64,000 bases of DNA from a virus, in the IMG/VR virus record IMGVR_UViG_3300034101_003081, positions 1 to 64,000 of that record; one strand, given 5' to 3'. Shown in pieces: positions 27,406 through 36,158 of the stretch (within the stretch, counting starts at the first letter, position 1; each line of letters opens with the position of its first letter). The position numbers were made by a program, and so were the translations under genes. The notes beneath the pieces are model-generated. The model made no database searches. It was not told the origin of the DNA and saw nothing but the letters and a program-made list of their open reading frames with translations.

Positions 27406-27623
27406 GCCTTGTCTCCCAGCGATGCCAGCACGTCTTCCAACTTGTCCCGCAGTTCTTCAGCCGCTGCGAGTCTTGCATTGAACTCGTCTCGACGCTCTGG
27501 TTCGAGGTCGTAGATCGCGTCGTTGCCGTTGTCGATGTACTGCTGGATCGCCTCCAGCACGGCCCAGAACTTGGCGTGCGTCGTGAGGCCCAGGTACACG
27601 CCTGAGTAGTCGCGGGGGGTCAT
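27402..27623 (-). CDS. Hypothetical protein
   Basis: ACGGAG RBS, MTPRDY start. Confidence 0.55.
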   Translation of the reverse strand: MTPRDYSGVYLGLTTHAKFWAVLEAIQQYIDNGNDAIYDLEPERRDEFNARLAAAEELRDKLEDVLASLGDKA

Positions 27624-27731
27624 GGGTAGGTGTCTCCGTTGATGTTCACCAACTGGTCGTCCAGCACGTACCACTCCTGGCCGGGGTAGTTCTCCTGCGG
27701 CAGTCACGAACGCGATTCTGTACTCTTTCAT
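27620..27731 (-). pseudogene. Frameshifted/deleted remnant of a small gene
   Basis: GGAG RBS + MKEYRIAFVT in one frame; QENYPGQEWYVLDDQLVNINGDTYP* in the adjacent frame, with its stop overlapping the next ATG. Confidence 0.4.
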
Positions 27732-27773
27732 GGCTCAAGTCTCCAAATGATGGGTGCAAGTCTAGGTCAAGTC

Positions 27774-28193
27774 TCACGAAACTCGAACGGCATCTCCGCT
27801 GGCGAGCAGCGACTCGGCGTCGCCGTACTCGCTCTTCGTCCAGTGCGTGTTGCGGCCCTGGTTGTAGGTGATCTCCTCGCGAATCTCGCACCACAGGCCG
27901 TGGCCTGGGAAGTCGATCCACTGCACGACGCACGTATTGCGGCTCGCCGGGCCGTAGCACGGCAGCGAGGCAATGTAGTCGATACTGTCCTTGATGCCCT
28001 TCGCAGTGGTGTCGAACTCGACGATGCACTGCGACTCCGCGCGGCGAACGGGCTGCTGGCTTTCCGTGAGCCGAACCCTCCACAGCCGCCGGCGTCCGTT
28101 CTTCTGGCGGGACACCACTTCCGCATTCACGTAGCGGTTCTGCCAGCAATGCGGGTACGTGGTGCCGATCTCGATTTTGGGCTTGGTCTTCAT
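27774..28193 (-). CDS. Hypothetical protein
   Basis: MKTKPK start after AAAGGG RBS. Confidence 0.55.
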   Translation of the reverse strand: MKTKPKIEIGTTYPHCWQNRYVNAEVVSRQKNGRRRLWRVRLTESQQPVRRAESQCIVEFDTTAKGIKDSIDYIASLPCYGPASRNTCVVQWIDFPGHGLWCEIREEITYNQGRNTHWTKSEYGDAESLLASGDAVRVS

Positions 28194-28264
28194 TGGCGGT
28201 CCCTTTCTGCGTGTGTGTGTCCGAACAAGTCTGCAAGCCTCTGCCAGGCGATGAAACATGACAG

Positions 28265-28768
28265 TCATTTCCTCGCATGCTCGATGGCCTTGGCCGTCGC
28301 AGCCGCCGACCGGCACAAGCCGCGGTTCTCGGAACCCCACTCGCCGAACTGGTCTTCGTCCGAATAGTGCCGGGCGTCGTCGAGCAATTCGTCGATGCCG
28401 GGATCGTCGGGCCGCAGCCAGACGAACCGGCTCGACCGCTTGACCGGCGTGCAGTACGGTTCGCAATCACGCTCCTCGTGGTCATCGAAGAACTTGGCAG
28501 GCACGCGGATGGTCGCCTCCGCGCCATGCTCATTCGGCACCGACGACAGCCAGCCCCGGCCGTGAGACCCGACTCGTACCAGCGGCGTGGTGCCGTCGCG
28601 GCCAGCGGTCTCGATGTAGCCAAACTCGTAACACTTCCACCACGTTCTGTCTGCAATACCGTCCGGCCGCTTGCAGCACGCAGAGCCGAGCCGCTTGCAC
28701 TCCGCGTCAATCTTGCCGATCGCTGCCACCTGCGACGGACTCGGCCTGCGTTTCTTCTTGTGTCGCAT
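28265..28768 (-). CDS. Hypothetical protein
   Basis: ACGGAGG RBS, MRHKKK start. Confidence 0.5.
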   Translation of the reverse strand: MRHKKKRRPSPSQVAAIGKIDAECKRLGSACCKRPDGIADRTWWKCYEFGYIETAGRDGTTPLVRVGSHGRGWLSSVPNEHGAEATIRVPAKFFDDHEERDCEPYCTPVKRSSRFVWLRPDDPGIDELLDDARHYSDEDQFGEWGSENRGLCRSAAATAKAIEHARK

Positions 28769-28843
28769 TGTCCCGTCCTCCGTTTGTAGTCCCATCGTCC
28801 CGACCCGTGCTGCGGAACGCCCGCAGTACGGGTGTCCGAACAA

Positions 28844-29107
28844 TCAGCCAGCCGAGACCTCTCGCCACTCCGTAGCGTGCCTGCTGCCGCCGTATTCTCC
28901 GCCATTGAAGCCGCCGGGGAGCGCGTCGGGGAAGTGGGCATTCGGCTCGCTCGTCAGCACGAATGACTTGACCACGACGCCTTCGCTCGTGGCACTGAAT
29001 CGGCACTGGCTGGCGCGGCAGCGGTGGCCGTACTTGATGATGACGTCGCCGTCCTGCACGTCCAAGGCGCTGATCCGCTCGGCCTGGGTCTTGTTGATCG
29101 TTTCCAT
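28844..29107 (-). CDS. Hypothetical early protein
   Basis: AAGGAG RBS; first gene after promoter copy 1. Confidence 0.6.
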   Translation of the reverse strand: METINKTQAERISALDVQDGDVIIKYGHRCRASQCRFSATSEGVVVKSFVLTSEPNAHFPDALPGGFNGGEYGGSRHATEWREVSAG

Positions 29108-29127
29108 TGTCGCGTCTCCTTTGGGCA

Positions 29128-29215
29128 TGTCGTTCACTCGTCTACGACAAGTATTGCAGATGTCGGGAGTGCTGTCAAGCGAAAAAAAGGGGGCTATGAC
29201 ACAAGTCAAAAACCC
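29128..29215 (-). promoter_or_regulatory. Early promoter cassette copy 1
   Basis: TTGACA(29173-29178)-17-AATACT(29150-29155); upstream TTGTGTCATAG; 87/88 identical to 29716-29803. Confidence 0.85.
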
Positions 29216-29217
29216 GG

Positions 29218-29667
29218 TCAGCCGTCGAACTCCGAAGTCTCGTACGCCTCAATCACGTCGTCGATGGTCAACTTGCCGGCAGCGATCAGAGACTTGACCG
29301 TGTACCGGCAGAGCGTCTCGACAGAAACCCCGCACTCAGCAGCGGCCTCGCGAAGAGTCGATGGCCCGCGGTCTTCGTGCGTGTCCAACTTGGCGAAGAC
29401 ATCGTGAACGTCTTGCGGCACGTTGTGGGCCAGAATCCGGCCGTCAGCGAAGGTGTACTCGACGTCCTTGTGAAGGACCGTGCTGCCGTTGGTCGTGACT
29501 TCCTGCTCGTAGTCCGTCGCGCGGATCGTCGTCCCGGCCTTGAAGGCCGCGACGCCGCGGACGCCGTACTTGCACCGCTTGTCGTAATGCGGATTCGGCA
29601 CGTCCTGCGAGAGCGTGAAGTACCGGCTCGACACGGGCTTGCGGGGTCCGATATTGACGTTGCTCAC
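29218..29667 (-). CDS. Hypothetical early protein flanked by 88-bp direct repeats
   Basis: AAGGAG RBS, GTG start. Confidence 0.65.
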   Translation of the reverse strand: MSNVNIGPRKPVSSRYFTLSQDVPNPHYDKRCKYGVRGVAAFKAGTTIRATDYEQEVTTNGSTVLHKDVEYTFADGRILAHNVPQDVHDVFAKLDTHEDRGPSTLREAAAECGVSVETLCRYTVKSLIAAGKLTIDDVIEAYETSEFDG

Positions 29668-29715
29668 GGGATGGTCTCCTTGGTCTTGCGTCTCTCGATC
29701 AGCCAGCCACGCGGC

Positions 29716-29803
29716 TGTCGTTCACTCGTCTACGACAAGTATTGCAGATGTCGGGAGTGCTGTCAAGCGAAAAAATGGGGGCTATGACACAAGTCAAAAA
29801 CCC
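29716..29803 (-). promoter_or_regulatory. Early promoter cassette copy 2
   Basis: TTGACA(29761-29766)-17-AATACT(29738-29743); upstream TTGTGTCATAG. Confidence 0.85.
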
Positions 29804-29811
29804 CCTGTTTT

Positions 29812-30096
29812 TCAGCCGTAATGCTTATCCGGCGTGAACCCCTGCGGCGGCTTGCCTCGTCCTCGACGTCCTTCCCTGGCGGCCTGGGCCCGCTGGGCGG
29901 CCTGCTCCTTCTTGTAGGCCTTGCACTCGTCGAGGTCGAACGCCAGAGATCGCGGGCCAAGTCTCCACGAACTCAGTCGCCCGGTTCGAGCCAGCCACCG
30001 CAGGTTGCTCATCGAGCAGCCGATGACTTTCGCCGCTTCTCTGGTCAGCACGAGTTGTCGCTTGTCCGCCGGTGTCGCCGCTACCTTCTCAGCCAT
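29812..30096 (-). CDS. MerR-type/excisionase-like HTH protein
   Basis: LTREAAKVIGCSMSNLRWLARTGRL..WRLG.R..AFD. Confidence 0.75.
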   Translation of the reverse strand: MAEKVAATPADKRQLVLTREAAKVIGCSMSNLRWLARTGRLSSWRLGPRSLAFDLDECKAYKKEQAAQRAQAAREGRRGRGKPPQGFTPDKHYG

Positions 30097-30352
30097 GGTT
30101 CTCGTCTCCTCGGGGTGAAAGTCTGAATCGCAGGGCACTCTCAATAATCCAGATATCTCGGTCCACGTACGGGTCGCCAGCATGCTTCTTGATCGCCTCC
30201 AGCACTTGCTTGGCAAACCGAAGGTTCTTCACGTAGCAGACTCGACCAGTCTCGCCTGGGCGAGGCATGACATCGGGCTTTGGCAAGTCTGCCCGTGCCT
30301 TCTCCCATGTTTGGAGCGACAGTTCAGTCTTGTGGTGGGCGTCGTCGTTCAC
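30089..30352 (-). CDS. Hypothetical protein
   Basis: GGAGG RBS; coupled overlap. Confidence 0.5.
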   Translation of the reverse strand: MNDDAHHKTELSLQTWEKARADLPKPDVMPRPGETGRVCYVKNLRFAKQVLEAIKKHAGDPYVDRDIWIIESALRFRLSPRGDENHG

Positions 30353-30570
30353 GAGATGACCTCCCAGCCGATGCAGGAAAACACCCGGCCCGTCTCTGCG
30401 ACGTCAGGATCGTCGGCATCTCCAGAGACGAGCGTTAGGGTTCTCGCTGTCTTGTCGATGCGAAACACGACGCCAGACCGCGGGATTGCCCACACGCCGC
30501 CGTCCTTGAGCATGTCGACGACCTGCTGGCACCAGTCTAGCGTTGATTGCGGATATGAAAAAGTGACCAT
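30349..30570 (-). CDS. Hypothetical protein
   Basis: AGGAG RBS; DGGVWAIPRSG motif. Confidence 0.55.
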   Translation of the reverse strand: MVTFSYPQSTLDWCQQVVDMLKDGGVWAIPRSGVVFRIDKTARTLTLVSGDADDPDVAETGRVFSCIGWEVIS

Positions 30571-30574
30571 AGGT

Positions 30575-30784
30575 CTAGTTGCTCCTCTCTTGTTGAAACT
30601 GGATCGCCATGTCCTCGGCCGTTGCTGGCTTGAGGAGCCTGACGAGGTGATGCTCGCCGCAGCCGCAGAAGGCCTTGTCGTCCCCCTTCGCAGAGAACAC
30701 GACGCGGGCTGTCGTCGGGCAGTACCCGAACGCTTCGCAGACTGCACGGAAGTAGTTGGTCAATTGCTGCAAGTCATGGGCCAT
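30575..30784 (-). CDS. Small Cys/His hypothetical protein
   Basis: CEAFGYC..A and FCGCGEHH. Confidence 0.5.
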   Translation of the reverse strand: MAHDLQQLTNYFRAVCEAFGYCPTTARVVFSAKGDDKAFCGCGEHHLVRLLKPATAEDMAIQFQQERSN

Positions 30785-31173
30785 GGGCGGTTACTCCAGA
30801 AGAATCGGGCTCGGTCCTCGGTCTCGAACGGCCCGCAGGCGATCGAGCCGTTGACGCAGACGTACCAGCCGTCGTCGCTGAAGACGAGGACAGGCTGATC
30901 GTGCTGCGCCTCAAGCAGTTTTTTCCAGGCCGACTCGATGACGTCTCGCAGTTCGCACGGCATGGACTCGACGTCAGCCTTCTTGAGAAACTCCCACGCC
31001 GCCGCGCACAGCCCAGCCGCATCCGACGCTGTGAGTTCGTTCTGGGACTCAAGTTTCGCCCTCGCGGAACGGATGTGCGGCTCGAACATCTTGGGAATGA
31101 GGCTGTGTTCGTCGAGCAAGTCGACGACGGCTCGCAGACTGCTCTTTTCTTTTCCGGTGAATGTGCTGCTCAT
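30760..31173 (-). CDS. Hypothetical protein
   Basis: AAGGAG RBS. Confidence 0.55.
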   Translation of the reverse strand: MSSTFTGKEKSSLRAVVDLLDEHSLIPKMFEPHIRSARAKLESQNELTASDAAGLCAAAWEFLKKADVESMPCELRDVIESAWKKLLEAQHDQPVLVFSDDGWYVCVNGSIACGPFETEDRARFFWSNRPWPMTCSN

Positions 31174-31219
31174 TGGCGTCTCTCCTTTGGGTTCCGTGTC
31201 CAGACAAGCCTCGCGACAG

Positions 31220-31630
31220 TCACTCTGTGACGGGCTCGTGAGTGCCGCCGAAGAAACTCGACGGCGGCCGTGGCAGTTGCCGCAGGAACTCCCAGAGCCC
31301 TGTCAGCGTTGTGGTGTAGATGTCCTCGATCTCGATGCGTCCGTCGTCGGGCTGCTCGACCAGGGTCCGGATCACGACGGACTTCGCCGTGACGTGGGCC
31401 TCGATCGTGCATCGCTCGTAGACCGGGTCTTGCACGACGATCGCGAAGAACGGCTCCTCGTCGGGGTCGTAGTCTCCGGCGTCGGGTTGCGGCCCGGCCC
31501 GCTCCTCCATGATCGTGTCGTTGAACGGCAGCAGACTCGCACGGGCCACGACGAGCCCTGGAGCAAACTCACGCACGTACTGAAGGCTGTCGTTGATCGA
31601 GTCGGCGACGGACTTCTTTTTCTTGCTCAC
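31220..31630 (-). CDS. Hypothetical acidic protein
   Basis: AAGGAG RBS; GTGA overlap. Confidence 0.55.
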   Translation of the reverse strand: MSKKKKSVADSINDSLQYVREFAPGLVVARASLLPFNDTIMEERAGPQPDAGDYDPDEEPFFAIVVQDPVYERCTIEAHVTAKSVVIRTLVEQPDDGRIEIEDIYTTTLTGLWEFLRQLPRPPSSFFGGTHEPVTE

Positions 31631-31998
31631 GATTGCGCTCCTTTCGGTGCCAGTTGCGATGCCAGTTTAATGCACTCGTCGCGAACGTAGTCGACGTCGC
31701 GGAAGATGCCGGTTGTCTCAATGCCAATGCTACTGAGCCCAGGCACGGCGTCGCCGGCGTGGGACGTGTCGAAGCCCAACCACCAGCGTTCGCCGTCTTC
31801 TTCTTCCCATGGCAGTCTCCAGTCCGACCACGTCACGCCGCCGTGAACGTCGAACGACTCGTCGCTTCCATTGGCGCCGGCCGGAGCCTCCACGTAGCCG
31901 TTGTAGTTCCGGAGCAGTGGCCCGCCGAGTGCAATGACGCACCGAAGCCCGTGGGCCTCGAACACGTCGACGACACGGTCGTGATTTAGCGATGTCAT
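31627..31998 (-). CDS. Conserved phage hypothetical protein (HGG.T...WWLGFD..H family)
   Basis: NGYV, VHGGVT and WWLGFDTSH motifs. Confidence 0.7.
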   Translation of the reverse strand: MTSLNHDRVVDVFEAHGLRCVIALGGPLLRNYNGYVEAPAGANGSDESFDVHGGVTWSDWRLPWEEEDGERWWLGFDTSHAGDAVPGLSSIGIETTGIFRDVDYVRDECIKLASQLAPKGAQS

Positions 31999-32014
31999 GT
32001 CTTGGTCTCCTTTT

Positions 32015-32704
32015 CTATAGAGAAACAACCTCGATCCCGTCCCGGTTCTCCCAGACACGTCGCACGTTGTCCGAGTAGCCGGGCTGCAACTGCTCGATCA
32101 TCGGCAGATACTGCTCGTTGGGCATGCCGCTGCCGACGTCGAAGTCATGGCGGTCGCCAAAAATCCACGCGATGATCGAACGGTACTTGTTGCCGCAGAT
32201 GCGGTAGTTGATCAGCGAGATCGACGGGTCCATGCAAGCCCAGGCCAAGTCTATCTGTTTGCCCAAGTCTATGGTCGCGTATCGCGTGATCGACTCGACG
32301 GGCACGCCGCCACAGTGCGCGACGTTGCCGAGATGCTCGATGCTCGCCTGAGCCAGGTCTCCGTAGTACAGGATCGTGTCGCGGACCTTGGGATGTACCT
32401 CGTCGAGCGGGCGGCCCTCGGTCTTCGCGATCGCCTGGGCGACGAAGTCCTCGTCTGGAAACAGCCGCGTCTCGGCAAGCAGCCGCGAGTTGACCTCGAC
32501 GACGAGCGCCTTCTCGCCCTTATTGTCGTCGGCCGCGTGCCAGGCAAAGTACGGCGCGTACGCTGTGGTCAGGTACACGAAGTCCGGATGACTCGGGTAC
32601 GAGTCCCAGTTCCCCTTGCGTCGCTTGCCTCGCGGCTTGAGGCCCTGAGACAAGATGCGGTCGAGGTACTTGTCCGTCGTGCCGTGGTAGAGCAGTGCGT
32701 TCAT
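32015..32704 (-). CDS. ADP-ribosyltransferase-fold protein (Tpt1/KptA-like, H-Y-x clade)
   Basis: LYHGT...ILSQGLKPR...VYLT...A..FA signature. Confidence 0.65.
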   Translation of the reverse strand: MNALLYHGTTDKYLDRILSQGLKPRGKRRKGNWDSYPSHPDFVYLTTAYAPYFAWHAADDNKGEKALVVEVNSRLLAETRLFPDEDFVAQAIAKTEGRPLDEVHPKVRDTILYYGDLAQASIEHLGNVAHCGGVPVESITRYATIDLGKQIDLAWACMDPSISLINYRICGNKYRSIIAWIFGDRHDFDVGSGMPNEQYLPMIEQLQPGYSDNVRRVWENRDGIEVVSL

Positions 32705-32710
32705 CGTGAG

Positions 32711-32845
32711 TCACCCTCCCAGCGTGCTAATCAACGTGTCTATCAAGTCTCGGACAAGTCTCGCAAGTCTTGAGTCTGTGCCGAGTTCCTGCCCTGCTCG
32801 CACGAGCAGGAGAGAATACAGGAGTTTGTCCAGGGTCTGCTTCAT
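32711..32845 (-). CDS. 44-aa hypothetical protein (below ORF-track cutoff)
   Basis: MKQTLDKLLYSLLLVRAGQELGTDSRLARLVRDLIDTLISTLGG* fills the gap; its end supplies the GGAGGG RBS of the next gene. Confidence 0.45.
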   Translation of the reverse strand: MKQTLDKLLYSLLLVRAGQELGTDSRLARLVRDLIDTLISTLGG

Positions 32846-32848
32846 GGG

Positions 32849-33136
32849 TCAGTACTCTCTCGGAAACAGGATCGTGGTCACGCTCCTGTCCCGCTCAGTG
32901 ATCACCCAGACCTTCTCGCCGTCAATCGTGTAGGCCGACAGGACGCGGCCCTCGCCGTCGACGGCCTCGTCGTTGAGTTGCTTGTCCTCGTCGCAGACCT
33001 CACCCCAGTCACCCGTGCGGTGCCGCAGGACGGCCGCGACGATGCCTGGCGTGCGAGACTCCGGCTTCTCCTTGACCCACGAGTCGATGCCTGCTGTGGC
33101 GACGACCAGGCCGAGTGGTAGTTGCGTGGCGTTCAC
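32849..33136 (-). CDS. Conserved plasmid/phage protein (RH..GDWG...ITE.DRS.TTIL.P.EY family)
   Basis: Family motif complete; AAGGAG RBS. Confidence 0.75.
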   Translation of the reverse strand: MNATQLPLGLVVATAGIDSWVKEKPESRTPGIVAAVLRHRTGDWGEVCDEDKQLNDEAVDGEGRVLSAYTIDGEKVWVITERDRSVTTILFPREY

Positions 33137-33465
33137 TTGGATGCTCCTTGTTGGCACTCTTTGATACACCGATCGTACTCGCCGCCTGCCCCGTCGAGGC
33201 TCGACGTGTTGAACAGGTAGGCGAGTTGGTGGGCGATCAGACGCAGGGCAGAGTCGTTCCGGATCGACTGCCAGTCGGCGCCGTCGTGGAACATTGCCTG
33301 GACGTGATCGTGCAGCCGCTTCGTGACGGCGACGGGGTTGCAGGCCCCTTGCTGGATTACCACTGCATCGTGATGTCGGTTCATGCGTGCGGCCTCTCTT
33401 TTTTTGAAGAACTCGATCGCTGCCTGCTGCTCCTCGCGGAGCCGCTGTTCGTTGTTCATGTTCAT
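33133..33465 (-). CDS. Hypothetical protein
   Basis: QGACNP...ALRLIAHQLAYL; tiles the gap. Confidence 0.55.
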   Translation of the reverse strand: MNMNNEQRLREEQQAAIEFFKKREAARMNRHHDAVVIQQGACNPVAVTKRLHDHVQAMFHDGADWQSIRNDSALRLIAHQLAYLFNTSSLDGAGGEYDRCIKECQQGASK

Positions 33466-33481
33466 GTTGGCGTGTCCAGAC

Positions 33482-34303
33482 TTAGCAAGACTCAAGACTC
33501 GGGAGGGAGACCCCGCACTGCTCGCAGAGTTTGGCGACCTCGGCGGCAAGTTCTGCCCTGGTGTGCGATCCAGCGCGGCGTGCCTCGCTCGTCGTGACGC
33601 AGCCCTCGTCGACCTCCAGGGCCGCCGGGTAGCAGTGACTTGGCAGGAACCCGAACCGCTCTTGGTGCGACCAGCACAGCCGACGCAGGCTCGCGTTGTG
33701 GCACAGGGCAAACGCGAGACGGTCGACGTCGACCGGCTGGTTCGCTGCCTTGACCAGCACCTCGACTTGGTGCTGGGCACGGCCGCCAGACGTCCGCGAC
33801 GTGGCCTTCGCGGCCCATAGTTCGACTCGCAGTCCCAGGCTTTCCAGAACGTCGACGGCGGCCAGGACAACGGCACCGCGAGCGAAGATCGCCTCGGCCG
33901 TCACGCCCGCACTGACGCCCAGGTTGGCGTACAGCCGGACGACCCGCTGCGACCCGAACCGGCCGGTCTCGTACTCGTTGTAAGAGCCGCAGGATTCCGG
34001 CTCGCCCGACAAGACGCGGCCGACGTCCACGAAGTCGCCGACGGCGTCCCAGGCGAACTGCTGGCAGGCGGCGACCTTCGAGGCCTCCACGTACTGATCG
34101 AGACTAGCCCGAATCTCGGCGACGCGAGCCGCACCCTCGTGCCAGCCAGCGTGCGCCAACTCGACGGCCTGCTCGAACGTGCGAGTGCCGAAGTGGCCTT
34201 CGCGGCCGACGTCGCGGCTGCTGATGCCCTTGACCTGCGGCACCTGGCGGACGTCCTCGACGAAGGCCTCGTACGAGTCAAAAGCGTGGCGGATGTGGCT
34301 CAT
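33482..34303 (-). CDS. AAA+ partner, degenerate vWA-like, paralog 3
   Basis: FGT.TF..AVELA..GW..GA, WD..GDF.DVGRVLSGEPE and AVDVLESLG.RVELW shared with two neighbours. Confidence 0.7.
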   Translation of the reverse strand: MSHIRHAFDSYEAFVEDVRQVPQVKGISSRDVGREGHFGTRTFEQAVELAHAGWHEGAARVAEIRASLDQYVEASKVAACQQFAWDAVGDFVDVGRVLSGEPESCGSYNEYETGRFGSQRVVRLYANLGVSAGVTAEAIFARGAVVLAAVDVLESLGLRVELWAAKATSRTSGGRAQHQVEVLVKAANQPVDVDRLAFALCHNASLRRLCWSHQERFGFLPSHCYPAALEVDEGCVTTSEARRAGSHTRAELAAEVAKLCEQCGVSLPSLESC

Positions 34304-34328
34304 GTTCGATGTCTCCTGGGGATGTCGG

Positions 34329-34383
34329 ATTATTGCCGACGTCCTGAATGAAGTCAAGCGGCCGGTTTGGCTCTATGACACAA
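34329..34383 (-). promoter_or_regulatory. Early-type promoter with shared upstream box
   Basis: TTGACT(34352-34357)-17-AATAAT(34329-34334); TTGTGTCATAG at 34373-34383. Confidence 0.7.
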
Positions 34384-35212
34384 CAATGGATTCCCGCTCT
34401 TCGGCCGAGAAAGACACGCCGCACGACTCGCAGACTTGCAAGACTCGGGCCGCCCTGGCCGCCGCCGTTGTGTCACTCTGTCTAACCTCGGGCGTCGCGA
34501 TCGCGCCCTCCTCGACGAGCAGCGGGCACGTCCCCGTGCAGTTGGGGCTGAATCCCAAGTCTTCCTCGACGCTGAAGAACAGCCGACGCAGGCTGGCGTT
34601 GTGGGCCAAAAAGAACGCGATCCGGTCAGGCTCGAACGGCTGGCTGGCATCTTTGGCCTTGACCAGCACGGTCAACTTGTCGCCTCTGATGCGACTGTGC
34701 GAGCCAGAGCCGAGCCACAACTCGACACGGTGGCCGAGCGTCTCCAGCACGTCGACAGCCGCAAACACGGCGGCTCCAGCACTGAAAATGCTCTCCTTCT
34801 TGACGCCGGCAATCGCGGACAGGTTCGCAACTAACTTGATCACTCTCGTCGACGGCTGCGAGTCTTGCCCCTCGCGGAACGATCCGCAGCACTCAGGCTC
34901 GCCAGACAATACGCGGCCAATGTCGATGAAGTCGCCTGTAGTGTCCCACTCCAGTTTGCACGACTTGGCCGCGACAGCCTTGTCGACGACGCTCTCCAAC
35001 TCGGCGCGGAGTTTGGTCAGCCGCTCGGCGCCTGCGGGCCAGCCCTTCGTGGCGAGTTCGACAGCCTCGCCGAACGTCGCCGTGCCATGAAACCCAGCCT
35101 CGACGCCGCAGTGCGAGACCTTGGAGTTCTCGCCCTTGGTGTCGGCGGCGGCAATGAAGTCGCCGATGGTCTCGAACGTCACGACCCGATGATCATCGTT
35201 CTTCTTCTTCAC
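34373..35212 (-). CDS. AAA+ partner, degenerate vWA-like, paralog 2
   Basis: Same motifs as the neighbours; AGGAG RBS. Confidence 0.7.
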   Translation of the reverse strand: MKKKNDDHRVVTFETIGDFIAAADTKGENSKVSHCGVEAGFHGTATFGEAVELATKGWPAGAERLTKLRAELESVVDKAVAAKSCKLEWDTTGDFIDIGRVLSGEPECCGSFREGQDSQPSTRVIKLVANLSAIAGVKKESIFSAGAAVFAAVDVLETLGHRVELWLGSGSHSRIRGDKLTVLVKAKDASQPFEPDRIAFFLAHNASLRRLFFSVEEDLGFSPNCTGTCPLLVEEGAIATPEVRQSDTTAAARAARVLQVCESCGVSFSAEERESIVVS

Positions 35213-35238
35213 GGTCTAGTCTCCTTGTCTTGGATTGC

Positions 35239-36069
35239 TCAGGCCTTGACCAGTTCTGCGATCTGCTCTTCGTCGAACGTGAGGCCGCACTTCTCGGCGA
35301 TCTTGATCACGTTCTCTTTCAGGCTCTTCGCCGACAGGTTGACCGCCGACAGAATCTCGTCGATCTCGACCGTGCCCTGACGCTTGCCGTAATCGGCGAC
35401 CGACGCTGGGTGGCAGTTCGACGGGCAGTGCCCGTACAACTCCATCCAGCGAAAACCGAACCGCCGGAAGAACGACGGGTGTGCGACGGTGAACGCGAGG
35501 CGGTCAGGGTCGACGATCTCGCCAGGCCGCTTGGCGACGACGTTCGCCGTGAGGTGAAGGCCGTGACCGCTCGTCGCCGTCGAGCAGATGACTTCGCAGC
35601 GAATGCCGCACGACTCAAGCAAGTCGACCGCCACCAGCACGGCCACGCCGCGGGCCGCGATCGCGTCGGCGCTGACGGCCCCGCTCACGCACTGATTGAG
35701 CCGTATCGACACGACCTTGGACGACACCGTCTCGCCGTTCTCAAACTCCTGGCCGCAGCACTCAGGCTCGCCCGACAGGACACGGCCAACGTCGATGAAG
35801 TCGCCAGTGACGTCCCAGCCGAACGTCCGAGACTTGGCAGTCTTGGCGGCGGAAATAAACGCCGAGAGTCCATCGCGGTGCTTGTTCACGCGGGCGACGC
35901 CGTCTGCCCAGCCCCTCGCGAACAACTCGCCAGCCTCGGCGTAGGTGTCCGTCCAGAAAAACTCCTTCCGGCCTGTGGCCTGGCTGTTCTGGCTCACGCC
36001 CTTGTCGTCGCGGGCGAGGTCTGCCAGGTAGTCGCTCACGGTCTCGTAGTCTTTGACGATCGTCTTCAC
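35239..36069 (-). CDS. AAA+ partner, degenerate vWA-like, paralog 1
   Basis: Same motifs; GTG start with AGGAG RBS. Confidence 0.7.
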   Translation of the reverse strand: MKTIVKDYETVSDYLADLARDDKGVSQNSQATGRKEFFWTDTYAEAGELFARGWADGVARVNKHRDGLSAFISAAKTAKSRTFGWDVTGDFIDVGRVLSGEPECCGQEFENGETVSSKVVSIRLNQCVSGAVSADAIAARGVAVLVAVDLLESCGIRCEVICSTATSGHGLHLTANVVAKRPGEIVDPDRLAFTVAHPSFFRRFGFRWMELYGHCPSNCHPASVADYGKRQGTVEIDEILSAVNLSAKSLKENVIKIAEKCGLTFDEEQIAELVKA

Positions 36070-36158
36070 TGGGATGGTTCTCCTGGGCGTTGGCTTGTGT
36101 CCCCGCTCCCCGGCCGGCAAGCCCATAGCCAGCCGGGGAGCGTATCCAGACAACTCGA

